A stretch of DNA of 64,000 bases, from IMG/VR virus record IMGVR_UViG_2902975652_000003; one strand, 5' to 3'. A program made the translations under genes and the position numbers. Below are positions 9,474 through 18,997 of the stretch, piece after piece. Each line of letters begins with the position of its first letter. The first letter of the stretch is position 1. Origin of the DNA: an uncultured virus (IMG/VR IMGVR_UViG_2902975652_000003). Taxonomy: Duplodnaviria > Heunggongvirae > Uroviricota > Caudoviricetes. The notes under the pieces were generated by a model, which saw only the letters and a list, made by a program, of their open reading frames with translations, did not search any database and had not been told where the DNA came from.

Positions 9474-11878
9474 CGGTAGGTAAGTTCGCGCCCCACAATG
9501 TAGCAACCACCGGCGGCTCGAATGAGGCCGCCGTGGCCTTTTCATGGAATAACCCCAAAAAAGCGGTTAACCCATATCTGGACCCGGCGGAAGTTGCGCC
9601 GGAGTCTGCGCTTTCAAACCTGATTGCTCTTTACGCTGCGGATAACGAGCAGGAGCAGCTGCGCCGTGAGGCGCTGAGCGATGAGGTCTGGGAACGCTAT
9701 TTCTTCAATGAATCCCGTGATCCTGTCCAGCGCGAAATGGAGCAGGACCGGCTGATTAGTCGTGCCAAAATGGCGCGCGAGCAGCAGCGTTTTAATCCCG
9801 ATCTGCTCATTCTGGCTGACGTTAACGCCATGCCGTCCCATATCAGCAAGCCTCTGCTGGAGCGGATTAAATATTTCCATAGCCTGGGCAGAGCAAAAGC
9901 CTATTCCCGCTACCTGCGCGAAACAATCAGGCCGTGTCTTGAGCGGCTGGAGCGCGTGCGTGACAGTCAGGTGTCTGCCTCTTTCCGGTTCATGGCAAGT
10001 CATGACGGGCTGGAGGGGCTGCTGGTACTGCCTGAAATGAATCAGGATCAGGTCAAGCGTCTTTCCACGCTGGTTGCGGCTCATATGAGCATGTGTCTTG
10101 ATGCGGCCTGCGGTGATCTGTTTGTCAGCGACGATGTTAAACCAGAAGAAATCCGCCAGGCATGGGAAAGGGTTGCAGCAGAGGCGATGCGCCTTGAGAT
10201 CATCCCGCCTGCGTTTGAGCAGTTACGCCGCAAAAAGCGTCGACGCAAGCCGGTGCCCTATGAACTGATCCCACCGTCGCTGGCGCGGATGCTGTGCGCA
10301 GACTGGTGGTATCGCAAATTGTGGCAGATGCGCTGCGAGTGGCGGGAGGAACAGCTGCGTGCTGTCTGCCTGGTCAACAAAAAAGCATCCCCGTATGTCA
10401 GCTATGAAGCCGTGATCCACAAGCGCGAGCAGCGCCGCAAATCGCTGGAGTTCTTCCGCTCACATGAGCTGGTCAACGAAGACGGTGACACGCTGGACAT
10501 GGAAGACGTGGTGAACGCCAGCAACAGCAACCCGGCACACCGCCGTAATGAAATGATGGCCTGTGTTAAGGGACTGGAGCTGATAGCGGAAATGCGCGGA
10601 GACTGCGCAGTGTTCTATACCATCACCTGCCCGTCACGCTTCCACGCAACCCTCAACAACGGCAGACCTAATCCGAAGTGGACCAGCGCCACCGTCCGGC
10701 AGAGCAGTGATTATCTGGTTGATACGTTCGCCGCTTTCCGCAAGGCAATGCACAAGGCGGGTCTTCGCTGGTATGGCGTCCGTGTGGCAGAGCCGCACCA
10801 TGACGGCACCGTGCACTGGCATCTTCTGTGCTTTATGCGCAAAAAAGACCGCCGTTCCATCACTGCGATGCTGCGCAAGTTTGCCATCCGCGAAGACCGC
10901 GAGGAGCTGGGCAACAATACGGGGCCGCGTTTCAAGTCCGAGCTTATCAACCCGCGCAAGGGCACACCGACCAGCTATATCGCTAAATACATCAGCAAGA
11001 ACATCGATGGGCGCGGGCTGGCTAAAGAAATCAGCAAAGAAACCGGCAGATCACTGCGTGACAGCACCGAGCATGTCAGCGCCTGGGCGTCACTGCACCG
11101 TGTCCAGCAATTCCGCTTCTTTGGTATTCCTGGCCGCCAGGCATATCGTGAGCTGCGCCTGCTGGCCGGTCAGGCTGCCAGGGCGCAGGGTGATAAGAAG
11201 GCAGGCGCGCCGGTACTGGAAAACCCGCGCCTGGATGCTGTGCTGGCCGCAGCTGATGCTGGCTGTTTTGCCACCTACATCATGAAGCAGGGCGGCGTCC
11301 TAGTTCCCCGTAAACATCACCTTATCAGAACTGCCTACGAGCTGAACGACGAGCCGAGCGCCTACGGCGATCACAGTGTTCGTATTTATGGCATCTGGTC
11401 CCCGATCATTGAGGGCCGGATCTGCACTCATGCAGTGAAGTGGAAAATGGTTCGTAAAGCCGTTGACCTTCAGGAGGCGACAGCCGACCAGGGCGCTTGC
11501 GCCCCTTGGACTCGTGGCAATAACTGTCCCCTTGCTGAAAATCTAAACAAATTAGAGGGTGATTTACCCGATATTAAAACCATGGATGAAAAGGAGCTGC
11601 AGGAATATCTCCACAATATGGGACAGAAGGAACGGAGGGAACTGACAGCCAGGCTAAGGCTGGTAAAACTGACGCGGAAAAAAGCATACAAGCAGTGTAT
11701 TTCGGATCAGCAGCGCCTGCAGCTTGAGGCAGAGCTAAGTTCCAGAGGGTTCGATGGCAGCGAATCAGAGATTGACCTGCTTCTGCGCGGCGGCAGTATT
11801 CCGTCAGGTGCCGGGCTGCGTATTTTTTACCGGAACCATCGTCTGCAGGAAGCTGACAAATGGCGTCAATGGTACTAA
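9470..11878 (+). CDS. gpA: Rolling-circle replication endonuclease gpA
   Basis: [14 protein letters not shown] motif, [12 protein letters not shown] tyrosines; GTG start overlapping dam stop inferred. Confidence 0.95.
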   Translation: MTVGKFAPHNVATTGGSNEAAVAFSWNNPKKAVNPYLDPAEVAPESALSNLIALYAADNEQEQLRREALSDEVWERYFFNESRDPVQREMEQDRLISRAKMAREQQRFNPDLLILADVNAMPSHISKPLLERIKYFHSLGRAKAYSRYLRETIRPCLERLERVRDSQVSASFRFMASHDGLEGLLVLPEMNQDQVKRLSTLVAAHMSMCLDAACGDLFVSDDVKPEEIRQAWERVAAEAMRLEIIPPAFEQLRRKKRRRKPVPYELIPPSLARMLCADWWYRKLWQMRCEWREEQLRAVCLVNKKASPYVSYEAVIHKREQRRKSLEFFRSHELVNEDGDTLDMEDVVNASNSNPAHRRNEMMACVKGLELIAEMRGDCAVFYTITCPSRFHATLNNGRPNPKWTSATVRQSSDYLVDTFAAFRKAMHKAGLRWYGVRVAEPHHDGTVHWHLLCFMRKKDRRSITAMLRKFAIREDREELGNNTGPRFKSELINPRKGTPTSYIAKYISKNIDGRGLAKEISKETGRSLRDSTEHVSAWASLHRVQQFRFFGIPGRQAYRELRLLAGQAARAQGDKKAGAPVLENPRLDAVLAAADAGCFATYIMKQGGVLVPRKHHLIRTAYELNDEPSAYGDHSVRIYGIWSPIIEGRICTHAVKWKMVRKAVDLQEATADQGACAPWTRGNNCPLAENLNKLEGDLPDIKTMDEKELQEYLHNMGQKERRELTARLRLVKLTRKKAYKQCISDQQRLQLEAELSSRGFDGSESEIDLLLRGGSIPSGAGLRIFYRNHRLQEADKWRQWY
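11499..11527 (+). other. Putative replication origin within gene A
   Basis: GCGCCCCTTGGACTCGTGGCAATAACTGT resembles P2/186 ori; counterpart at 43482-43511. Confidence 0.7.
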
Positions 11879-11896
11879 GGCACCTTAGGTGGAGGG

Positions 11897-12175
11897 TTAC
11901 AAACCAGCCAGACTCTTACCACGAATGCGGGCAACTTCATACTTAAGTTCAGCCGCTTTGGCCTCGCAAAGCCTTAAGGCTTTTAGCCATTGTTCTGTTG
12001 TGGGCTTACCAAATATGTCCTCCATTACCACAACCAAGTAAAGGCAGCGGCCAGTGCCAAGTTCGCCTGCAAGCAGGCAGGCTGCGTTAGTTCCCGCCAT
12101 AAGTTCAATACATGCTTTACGCATCGATTTATCCCGTATCCCGTTGTCTCCTCTAAAGCATCGCACTTGAGCCAT
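11897..12175 (-). CDS. Hypothetical small protein convergent with gene A (start uncertain)
   Basis: Only sizeable ORF filling the gap between A and tum; starts possible at 12199, 12175 or 12124. Confidence 0.45.
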   Translation of the reverse strand: MAQVRCFRGDNGIRDKSMRKACIELMAGTNAACLLAGELGTGRCLYLVVVMEDIFGKPTTEQWLKALRLCEAKAAELKYEVARIRGKSLAGL

Positions 12176-12222
12176 CTGTTTGAAACATAGAAAAAACAAT
12201 TTACATTTGACGGTTAATTATA

Positions 12223-12242
12223 TACTGTATTTATATACAGTT
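12223..12242. promoter_or_regulatory. LexA (SOS) box
   Basis: taCTGtatttatataCAGtt, CTG-N10-CAG overlapping a TATACT -10. Confidence 0.9.
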
Positions 12243-12249
12243 GTTTTGA

Positions 12250-12450
12250 ATGGAGGGGAAAATGCAGGACTATTTTTTGGAGTCGTTGAAGCTCCAGCGC
12301 ATTGATTTTTTTGTGAAGCTTGTAGCGGCTAGTGAGTGCGATGATGAAGAGAAGCGGCTTGCTATCCAGTGGGTTTCGGAGCTGACAGATGAATTGATGG
12401 CGAAAATCCGTACTCATGAGTACAACCGTTCAATGGATCTCCCCAGTTAG
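12250..12450 (+). CDS. tum: Tum/TumA-like SOS antirepressor (start may be 12262)
   Basis: LESLKLQRID..EKRLAIQWVSEL; behind LexA box, downstream of A as in 186; homologous to 43825-44049. Confidence 0.7.
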   Translation: MEGKMQDYFLESLKLQRIDFFVKLVAASECDDEEKRLAIQWVSELTDELMAKIRTHEYNRSMDLPS

Positions 12451-12589
12451 ATATAGGAACGTTGCTGGCGTTAGGATTGGATTCTAACGCCAGCAAGGTT
12501 GTACAACGAGCCATGCGAGGCGTTAGCGCTATTGTGCATGTCTATGCTGCATGAAAACGCATGATCGTTTGAGGATCGATTTTGCTGAG

Positions 12590-12613
12590 GCCCGCCAGGA
12601 ATGGCGGGCTTTT
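12590..12613 (+). terminator. Intrinsic terminator left of cos
   Basis: GCCCGCCA-ggaa-TGGCGGGC-TTTT. Confidence 0.7.
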
Positions 12614-12658
12614 GCTTATGTCATGCAGGTGCATGAAAACCGCAACACAAAGCGGGCA

Positions 12659-12677
12659 GGCGTGGCGGGGATACGAG
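12659..12677 (+). other. cos site (19-nt cohesive end)
   Basis: GGCGTGGCGGGGATACGAG followed by CGCGCGC, similar to P2/186 cos; preceded by repeated TGCATG motifs. Confidence 0.82.
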
Positions 12678-12817
12678 CGCGCGCTGAAGCGATTATGTAA
12701 GAGTTTTGGCTATTGATGGCATAGTGAACTTAATGATGGAGAAAGTGTCAACCTATGTGTAAACTACAGTTAGTGAGATAGAGAGATATGAGATGAAACA
12801 ACTTCAAGGGGGGCGGC

Positions 12818-13627
12818 ATGAGTACTAACAGCGAACGTATGTCCAATGCGCCCGTTTACTACGCATTGGTGCAAGTAAAGTTTACTCCAGTAGCTGCAAT
12901 GAGTAAGTATTTTCCAGATATACAAGATGCGCTAAGAGTTGAAGGATTTCCTTTATTTGAAGTTTCCAATACAACTCAGTTGAAATTTGAAATAAAAAAC
13001 CCCAATGAGCCACCGGTACATTCATTTGAGCCTGTGACAAATTGGTTGATGATTGATGCGGATAGAAGGTCTGGTTTTGTTTTAGGCAACGACTTCATTA
13101 CGTTCCATACAACAGATTATGATAACCATGTACCTTTCATCTCGTCATTGATACTTGGTGTGAGCAAAGTTCTTGAATTTGCTAAGCCATCATTGATAAG
13201 CCGGATTGGGCTTCGATATTTGGATGCTGTGTTTCCTGAGAAAAGCGAAACAATTGAGCAGTATCTTGTAAAGGAACTTCAGGGTGTTGATTTCGGGTGG
13301 ACGCCAATACAGTCCATACAAGAGTCCGTATATCAAACATGTGTTGAGCCGTTGATCTCTAATGGATTTATGGTTTCACGCATACATAAGATGAATGGTC
13401 AGCTAGGTTTTCCGCCAGATATGATTCCTAATGGTTTACTGCCGCTGCCGAGATTTAGTAACACAGAGCATCGTATGCACGCAATAATTGATACAGATCA
13501 TTATGTTGAAGGCAACATGTCAACTGATTTGCAGTTAATTGAAAAACAGATTCTTTCGTTGCATAGTAAAGTTAAAGAAGCATTTGAAGGCATGGTTTCA
13601 GATTTTGCCCGTGCTAAATGGCACTGA
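12818..13627 (+). CDS. TIGR04255-family protein (cargo gene 1)
   Basis: NAPVYYALVQVKF start, RIGLRYLD, IIDTD, LH..VKEAF motifs; AT-rich. Confidence 0.8.
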   Translation: MSTNSERMSNAPVYYALVQVKFTPVAAMSKYFPDIQDALRVEGFPLFEVSNTTQLKFEIKNPNEPPVHSFEPVTNWLMIDADRRSGFVLGNDFITFHTTDYDNHVPFISSLILGVSKVLEFAKPSLISRIGLRYLDAVFPEKSETIEQYLVKELQGVDFGWTPIQSIQESVYQTCVEPLISNGFMVSRIHKMNGQLGFPPDMIPNGLLPLPRFSNTEHRMHAIIDTDHYVEGNMSTDLQLIEKQILSLHSKVKEAFEGMVSDFARAKWH

Positions 13628-13646
13628 AACAACGGGGGTGACTAAA

Positions 13647-14309
13647 ATGTATGCAATTCCTACCGGAAGCATAGGCTCTGTAGATCGGTATACTCCAGAT
13701 TCTCAGTCAAGCTCATGTGTATCAGGTGTTGTTGCTGTCGCCGCATCTTTACTATTAGTTGGTACGGGGGCTTCATACCCTGTAAATGCTTATAAGCAAT
13801 GGCGTCAGTATGTTCAGCCAAGGGTTCAGTTTGCATTTGATACCATAGAGTCAACGTACACGCCTGCAATTTCTCCTGAGGTTGATGTCAGGAATGTTGC
13901 CCAACATTTGGCTAATATTCGAGAAGTGCTGTCTCCATCAATGTCAGAACTGGCTAAGGATTTGGGGATAACTCGGCAGGCTCTCTATAAATGGTTGTCA
14001 GGGGAGAACCAGCCTGATGATGCTTCAAAAGTGCAATTCATTACCAACCTCAGTAATGTTGCTGACTCTTTTTCCAAAGCTGGACTCAATGATGCGAAGC
14101 TATTGGTGAAAATGAAAGCATTCAATGGTAAGTCATTGATGGAATTAGTAAAAGAAGGTGAGGTTTGGAACAGGCCAGTTCAGGTATTGATTGATGAAGC
14201 TAAAGCGATGAATGCAGCAGCTGAATCGGCCAATTACTTAGCAAGCAAGGCGAAACCGACAGATGATTGGAAGTCATCTATTTCAATTCCTGGAACAGTA
14301 GAGGAATAG
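13647..14309 (+). CDS. HTH protein with hydrophobic N-terminal segment (cargo gene 2)
   Basis: ATG 13647 after GGGGG SD; HTH SMSELAKDLGITRQALYKWLSGE; VVAVAASLLLVGTGA segment. Confidence 0.75.
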   Translation: MYAIPTGSIGSVDRYTPDSQSSSCVSGVVAVAASLLLVGTGASYPVNAYKQWRQYVQPRVQFAFDTIESTYTPAISPEVDVRNVAQHLANIREVLSPSMSELAKDLGITRQALYKWLSGENQPDDASKVQFITNLSNVADSFSKAGLNDAKLLVKMKAFNGKSLMELVKEGEVWNRPVQVLIDEAKAMNAAAESANYLASKAKPTDDWKSSISIPGTVEE

Positions 14310-14318
14310 ATCACATTT

Positions 14319-15167
14319 ATGTTGGTACGAGGAACATCATGGCGTCAGGGGCATGTTCTTAAACATGATGATGCCGTTTCACTTGGACTTCTGAAGCCTG
14401 ATGAAACGAACCATAAAGTTGTAGTTATAACGCATGATTGTGATTTACAGAGTAATTCAGAAAAAAACGTGGAACTGATGTTTGGCCCCTTGAAAAAGGG
14501 GTCAAGCAACATGAAAAGAGCTAAGCATCCGAGAATCCTCGATCTATGTTTTGAAAACCCAGAAAGTCCCAAGAAGAACGCAGTAGAGCTTCGGCATGAA
14601 AGAAAAGTCATCATTCCTAAAGAAGCTTTCCGTTGTGAGGAAAACGATCCGGCATTCACCATTAGCACAGAAGAGAAACAAGCTCTTAAGCAATGGTTAG
14701 CAGCTAAGTATGGTCGTCCAGCGTTTCCTAACTCGTTTGAAGAGCGCTTGCGGGCTTACGACGAGGATAAAAAGTTTATTTTCGAAAAAGAAGTTGCGGA
14801 TATTATCGCCAAAAACGCAGAGCATTTGATCGGAGTTTTTTTTGATTTGGGCGAAGAAAGATTTAACGATCTTGAGGAAGGCATACCATATGAGCTTTCT
14901 ATCAATGTTGTTTATGATGCAATTGAAGGTGGCCCCGATGCCAGAGGAGCGGCTGAACAAACCTGTGCTGATCTAAAGACATTGTTTTATAAGTTTTATG
15001 GTGATCCGGTCTTGGGGCATTCAGAGCTTATAGAATTGAATACATGCATAGCTGTTGCCGATACTCATTTCTCCCTGTATGCATTGAGGCGGATGGATCA
15101 ATGGAGGGTGGAATATATCAGCCTTGAAGAAGATTCATATGGCGATTTCATCGGTGCCGGTGTTTAA
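14319..15167 (+). CDS. Hypothetical protein (cargo gene 3), possible toxin/effector
   Basis: 282 aa, SD GAGGA; motifs WRQG, VVVITHDCDL, WLAAKYGRPAFP. Confidence 0.75.
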   Translation: MLVRGTSWRQGHVLKHDDAVSLGLLKPDETNHKVVVITHDCDLQSNSEKNVELMFGPLKKGSSNMKRAKHPRILDLCFENPESPKKNAVELRHERKVIIPKEAFRCEENDPAFTISTEEKQALKQWLAAKYGRPAFPNSFEERLRAYDEDKKFIFEKEVADIIAKNAEHLIGVFFDLGEERFNDLEEGIPYELSINVVYDAIEGGPDARGAAEQTCADLKTLFYKFYGDPVLGHSELIELNTCIAVADTHFSLYALRRMDQWRVEYISLEEDSYGDFIGAGV

Positions 15168-15191
15168 ACTGGCTGTCGAAACAGCCAGTTT
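15166..15191. terminator. Bidirectional terminator between cargo operon and portal
   Basis: AAACTGGCTGT-cgaa-ACAGCCAGTTT between convergent genes. Confidence 0.8.
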
Positions 15192-15204
15192 TAAAAGGCT
15201 TTAA

Positions 15205-16239
15205 TCAAGCATTGCCTAATTTATATTCATCAAAACGAATAATTTCGTCATTAAGCCATTCATTTAATTCCATTAATCTTTTTTGTAATGGAATCAATTC
15301 ATTCCTTACAAAAACTTTGCTAGCTTTTTCTACGTCTCCGAACCCACCAACATTATTTGGCATTATGCCCATCATCTGCGGCGGTACGCGGTGCGCGGCC
15401 ATCATGTCATCGCGGCTCACATTCTTGATATTCAGAAATTCATCCTTCGCTGCCACCTCTGACAGCGGGATGATCTGTATCCCGTCTTTTTTGCCGTTGG
15501 GCGAGTACATGAACAGGTTACGGAAGTTGCCCGGGCCCTTGGCGCTTTTCATGGCCTGGCGGATGTTGTTTACGTCCTCCTGGTTCTGTGCGGCGTCGGT
15601 CATGTACATGATAAATCCCGCATGGCTTCCGTTGATGTAATACTTGCGGCGGAAAAGCGTGGCGGACTCGTTGAGCAGGGCGGACGGAATGGCTGAAAGG
15701 TAGCCGGGCAGCCCGTAGATTTCCTGGTTAATATCAGGCTCAAGAAGATGGAAAATGCTTCCCGGCGTGAATTCGTAGGGCTGCGTGGTGAATCCGTACT
15801 GCACAAACCAGTAGGTGTCCAGGTCAACGCCGCGGCGGGTATATTTCGCCAGGGCTGGCTCCAGAGAGAGAACGCCGCCGAGCCGGTTGGTCCGTTTCTC
15901 AAGGTAGGCGTTGCCGAATACAAGGTAGTCCTGAACGAAACGGGAAAAAGCCTGCTGGCTGAGCAGGCGGTGCGGTATATAGGTGCTGCTGAGAATGTCA
16001 CGCTTAACGGCAATCGGTGAGCTGTGATGCACGGCGGCGCGGTAGGTGCGCGCCAGCCCGTCAAAACTCACCGGCGGCTCATACCAGCGGTCCATCTGCA
16101 CGCACTCCACATAATCCAGCAGTTCCCGGCGGTCCAGTACCGGGATCGGGTCGCCAAAGCTGAATGCTTCTGCAGATACGCCGCTGCTCTGTTGAACGCT
16201 CTGTTTGGCTGCAGCGCGGTTTTTATTCCTCTTGCTCAT
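15205..16239 (-). CDS. gpQ: Portal protein
   Basis: FSFGDP, QEIYGLP, AAHRVPPQ motifs. Confidence 0.95.
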   Translation of the reverse strand: MSKRNKNRAAAKQSVQQSSGVSAEAFSFGDPIPVLDRRELLDYVECVQMDRWYEPPVSFDGLARTYRAAVHHSSPIAVKRDILSSTYIPHRLLSQQAFSRFVQDYLVFGNAYLEKRTNRLGGVLSLEPALAKYTRRGVDLDTYWFVQYGFTTQPYEFTPGSIFHLLEPDINQEIYGLPGYLSAIPSALLNESATLFRRKYYINGSHAGFIMYMTDAAQNQEDVNNIRQAMKSAKGPGNFRNLFMYSPNGKKDGIQIIPLSEVAAKDEFLNIKNVSRDDMMAAHRVPPQMMGIMPNNVGGFGDVEKASKVFVRNELIPLQKRLMELNEWLNDEIIRFDEYKLGNA

Positions 16240-18005
16240 CAAAAAATCTCCACAATGTTGCTGGTATTGGCGGCTTCGCCCTGCAGCGGTTCGTTAAACA
16301 GTGCGTGCATCGTTGCCCAGGCCAGGTCTGCGTGGCTGGCTTCTTCGCTGCGGCTGGCTTCGTAGGTGGGGCGGTTTCCGCTGGCGGTGGTGGCGCGGCG
16401 GATTGCCATAAAGGACTGCGCAATGTCGGTGTGCCCGGCATCAAACTCCAGGCGCCGGTGGCTGATAATGTCGTATGCCTTAAGCACCAGGGCGTTTTTG
16501 ACGTTGGGGTTGTAGACAAACTCCCGGACCGCAGGGAAAAAGTCTTTTACGTTCAGGTAAACGCCGTGGCCGACGCCGGTCGAGTCGATGCCGATATAGG
16601 TCACGTTGTACTGCTGGGTTAACTTTTTAATGGCGTCAGCCTGGGCGCGGAAGTCCATCCCGCGCCACTGGTGCCGCTCCAGAATGCGGAACTTGCCCCC
16701 CGGCACCGTAGGCGGCGCCACCACCACGCATCCGGCGCTGTCGCCGTTCTGCGTACCTTTCGCCGGGTCATAGCCGATCCAGACTTCACGCCAGCCAAAC
16801 GGGCGCAGCGCCAGCGCCTGAAAATCGGACCAGAGTTCCCAGCTGTCCACCATGCACGCCTGCAGCTCGCTCAGCGGGAATACTGACGCCAGATCGTCAA
16901 TGAATTCGCACATAAGCAGGTTCTGGTATTCGTCCGGGCTGTACTCCATGCGCAGCTGGTCCAGGTCGAACAGGTTGCAGCCGCCGCGCACCGCATCCTC
17001 CACGGTGACGATCTGGCGGTACTGACCGTCCGGGCAAAGCAGGCCCGGGGCCAGATTGCCGTGGGTCAGGTCAATGTCCACCTTGTCCGCTTTGGCACGG
17101 CCCCGGTTGAACAGCGCGCCGGACCAGAACGGATAGGCGCTGTGGGTCAGGCTGGACGGGGTTGAAAAGTAGGTCTGACGCCATTTTTTATGGATGGCCA
17201 TACCGGAGGCCACCTTGCGCAGCTCCTGGAATTTCGGTATCCAGAAATATTCATCCAGGTACAGGTTGCCGTGGTAGCTCTGCGCCGTGCGGGCGTTGGT
17301 GCCGAGGAAGTACAGGCACGCGCCGTTGCTGAGCGTCATCGGGTCGCCTTTCAGCTCTACATCCACCTCTTTTGCAAAGTCGATGATGTACTGCTTGAAG
17401 ACGTGCGCCTGTGCCTTGCTGGCTGAGAGAAAAATCTGGTTGCGGCCGGTGGTGATGGCGTCAATCAGCGCCTCCCGGGCAAAAAAGAAGGTCGCCCCGA
17501 TCTGGCGCGATTTGAGCAGGTTGCGGATACGGTGGCGGTTGCCTGCCTCGTACCAGTGGCGCTGGTAGGCGAACATCGAGCCGTGGAAAACCTCCTGCAG
17601 CTTCTCGATCTGTTCGTCGGTGAAAACGTTCTTTTCGGGCTGGCGGCGCGGGCCTTTGTTGCGGTTGGCAACCTTCGGATTTAAATCTGCCTCGTTGCCG
17701 CCATCGTTAAATTTACCGATCCGGGCGTGGCGCTCTGACTGGCGCGCCAGCAGGTCAATTTCCTTGAAGTCTTTCCCTTCTTTCTGCTCCTTCATAATGA
17801 GCTGGCAGTAGCGCGCGGCGGTGGTGAGCTGCATCTGATCCAGCGGCCCATACTCGCCCCACTTGTCGCGCTTCTTCCAGCTGTGAACGGTTGCAACTTT
17901 CTCGCCCAGCATTTCTGCAATGCGGGCTACGCGGTATCCCTGAAAGTACAGCAGCATGGCCTGCCGACGGGGATCGAGGTCTGCGGGGGTCATTGTCGTG
18001 TTCAT
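16239..18005 (-). CDS. gpP: Terminase ATPase subunit
   Basis: KSRQIGAT Walker A, LYLDE Walker B; start MNTT. Confidence 0.95.
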   Translation of the reverse strand: MNTTMTPADLDPRRQAMLLYFQGYRVARIAEMLGEKVATVHSWKKRDKWGEYGPLDQMQLTTAARYCQLIMKEQKEGKDFKEIDLLARQSERHARIGKFNDGGNEADLNPKVANRNKGPRRQPEKNVFTDEQIEKLQEVFHGSMFAYQRHWYEAGNRHRIRNLLKSRQIGATFFFAREALIDAITTGRNQIFLSASKAQAHVFKQYIIDFAKEVDVELKGDPMTLSNGACLYFLGTNARTAQSYHGNLYLDEYFWIPKFQELRKVASGMAIHKKWRQTYFSTPSSLTHSAYPFWSGALFNRGRAKADKVDIDLTHGNLAPGLLCPDGQYRQIVTVEDAVRGGCNLFDLDQLRMEYSPDEYQNLLMCEFIDDLASVFPLSELQACMVDSWELWSDFQALALRPFGWREVWIGYDPAKGTQNGDSAGCVVVAPPTVPGGKFRILERHQWRGMDFRAQADAIKKLTQQYNVTYIGIDSTGVGHGVYLNVKDFFPAVREFVYNPNVKNALVLKAYDIISHRRLEFDAGHTDIAQSFMAIRRATTASGNRPTYEASRSEEASHADLAWATMHALFNEPLQGEAANTSNIVEIF

Positions 18006-18051
18006 GGCCCAAACATACGGCCTTGCCCGGCGGCTTTCCCCGGCTGCGGTT

Positions 18052-18069
18052 TGTGTGGCTGACCGTACA
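18052..18069. promoter_or_regulatory. Ogr binding site of divergent late promoters pP/pO
   Basis: TGT-N12-ACA centred about 55 bp from the P start codon. Confidence 0.75.
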
Positions 18070-18147
18070 AGCGCCGCGCGTTGTTTCACTCCCCCCATCA
18101 CCGCAAACATAAGGCTCCAGTAAGTTTTTTCTAACGGAGCACGGCTC

Positions 18148-18981
18148 ATGACAGTGAAAGCAAAGCGTTTCCGCATCGGGGTGGAAGGTGCCACTACCGA
18201 CGGACGCGAAATCCAGCGCGAATGGCTGGAGCAGATGGCGGCCAGCTACAACCCGGAGGTCTACACCGCGCTGATTAATCTTGAGCACATCAAGTCTTAT
18301 CTGCCGGAAAGCACCTTCAACCGCTACGGCAGGGTGACGGCGCTGGTTGCTGAAGAAATTCAGGACGGCCCGCTGAAGGGCAAAATGGCGCTGTATGCCG
18401 ACGTGGAGCCGACCAGCGCACTGGTTGAACTGGTCAAGAAAGGCCAGAAGCTTTTCACCTCCATGGAAGTCAGCCCGAAGTTTGCCGACACCGGCAAAGC
18501 CTACCTTGTGGGCCTGGCAGCCACTGACGATCCGGCGAGCCTGGGCACTGAGATGCTGACCTTCAGCGCCAGCGCCGCGCATAACCCGCTGGCAAACCGC
18601 AAGCAGAGTCCTGAAAACCTGTTTACCGCCGCCGAAGAAACGCTGATCGAACTGGAAGAAAACCAGGACGAAAAGCCGTCCCTCTTTGCCCGCGTCACCG
18701 CCCTGTTCACCAAAAAAGAGCAGACCGATGATGCGCGTTTCTCAGACGTGCACAAGGCCGTCGAGCTGGTCGCCACCGAGCAGCAGAACCTGAGCGAGCG
18801 CACCGATAAATCCCTGTCCGACCAGGACGCGCGCATTTCTGAGCTTGAATCCTCGCTGCAGGAGCAGCAGGCCGCCTTTGCCGAGCTTCAGCAGCAGCTG
18901 AGCCGTGAAGACAGCCGTAAAGATTACCGCCAGCGCGCGCCGGGCGGTGACGCACCGGCAGGCACCATGACCAATTGCTGA
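18148..18981 (+). CDS. gpO: Capsid scaffolding protein
   Basis: EGATTDGR, INLEH, YLVGLAATDDPAS motifs. Confidence 0.95.
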   Translation: MTVKAKRFRIGVEGATTDGREIQREWLEQMAASYNPEVYTALINLEHIKSYLPESTFNRYGRVTALVAEEIQDGPLKGKMALYADVEPTSALVELVKKGQKLFTSMEVSPKFADTGKAYLVGLAATDDPASLGTEMLTFSASAAHNPLANRKQSPENLFTAAEETLIELEENQDEKPSLFARVTALFTKKEQTDDARFSDVHKAVELVATEQQNLSERTDKSLSDQDARISELESSLQEQQAAFAELQQQLSREDSRKDYRQRAPGGDAPAGTMTNC

Positions 18982-18997
18982 TGGAGCATAAAACCCG

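Noticed and set aside
12534..12640. Repeated TGCATG(AAAAC) motifs as a CRISPR-like or novel repeat array
   Set aside because: Short, irregularly spaced and typical of the P2-family cos-flanking region; no cas genes
13539..13646. Longer start for cargo gene 2 given in the ORF track
   Set aside because: Overlaps gene 1 by 89 bp; ATG 13647 has a clear SD
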